64,000 bases of DNA from an uncultured Phycisphaerales bacterium (GTDB lineage Bacteria > Planctomycetota > Phycisphaerae > WQYP01), in contig CAVYBP010000010.1 of the NCBI GenBank assembly GCA_963766775.1, forward strand, positions 35,861 through 99,860, read 5' to 3'. This document shows positions 63,977 through 64,000 of this stretch, piece after piece. Under the pieces are notes generated by a model. It saw only the letters and a list, made by a program, of their open reading frames with translations, searched no databases and was not told the DNA's origin. How positions within the stretch are numbered: the stretch's first letter is position 1; every line of letters starts with the position of its first letter. Position numbers and translations under genes: made by a program.

Positions 63977-64000
63977 ATCGTTCTCCTCAAATGATGTGCC

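Overview
High-GC bacterial chromosome segment, most likely Planctomycetota (Phycisphaerae-like). This is inferred from an LEPR-XLL-type leader, two PEP-CTERM proteins, an lpxC-fabZ fusion, an rpsP-trmD-rplS operon without rimM and a giant alpha-2-macroglobulin. Single-base indels break many genes, including essential ones (trmD, rplS, rho), which points to uncorrected long-read errors rather than pseudogenes. Housekeeping content: rpsP, trmD, rplS, rpmH (missed by the ORF track), moaA, moaC, rho, nuoC, lpxC-fabZ, lpxA, galK, trpD and a polyprenyl synthase. Other genes: an AlgB/KinB-like two-component pair whose kinase lacks its ATPase domain, an RsbV/RsbW-like pair, a heterodimeric ABC exporter, several secreted glycan/protein-processing enzymes, three type II toxin-antitoxin modules and a SpoIVB(S55)/beta-propeller pair. 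Most notable: (1) a 50-bp direct repeat (48/50 identical; 15158-15207 and 21004-21053) bracketing an integrase-free 5.8-kb segment that carries an RseP-like C-terminal remnant, a REP doublet, a ~1560-aa Gly-rich PEP-CTERM protein and a ~190-nt structured, possibly 6S-like RNA with its own promoter; (2) several distinct families of intergenic microsatellite-armed hairpins/REPs; (3) kb-scale flips of C/G strand skew that do not follow gene orientation.
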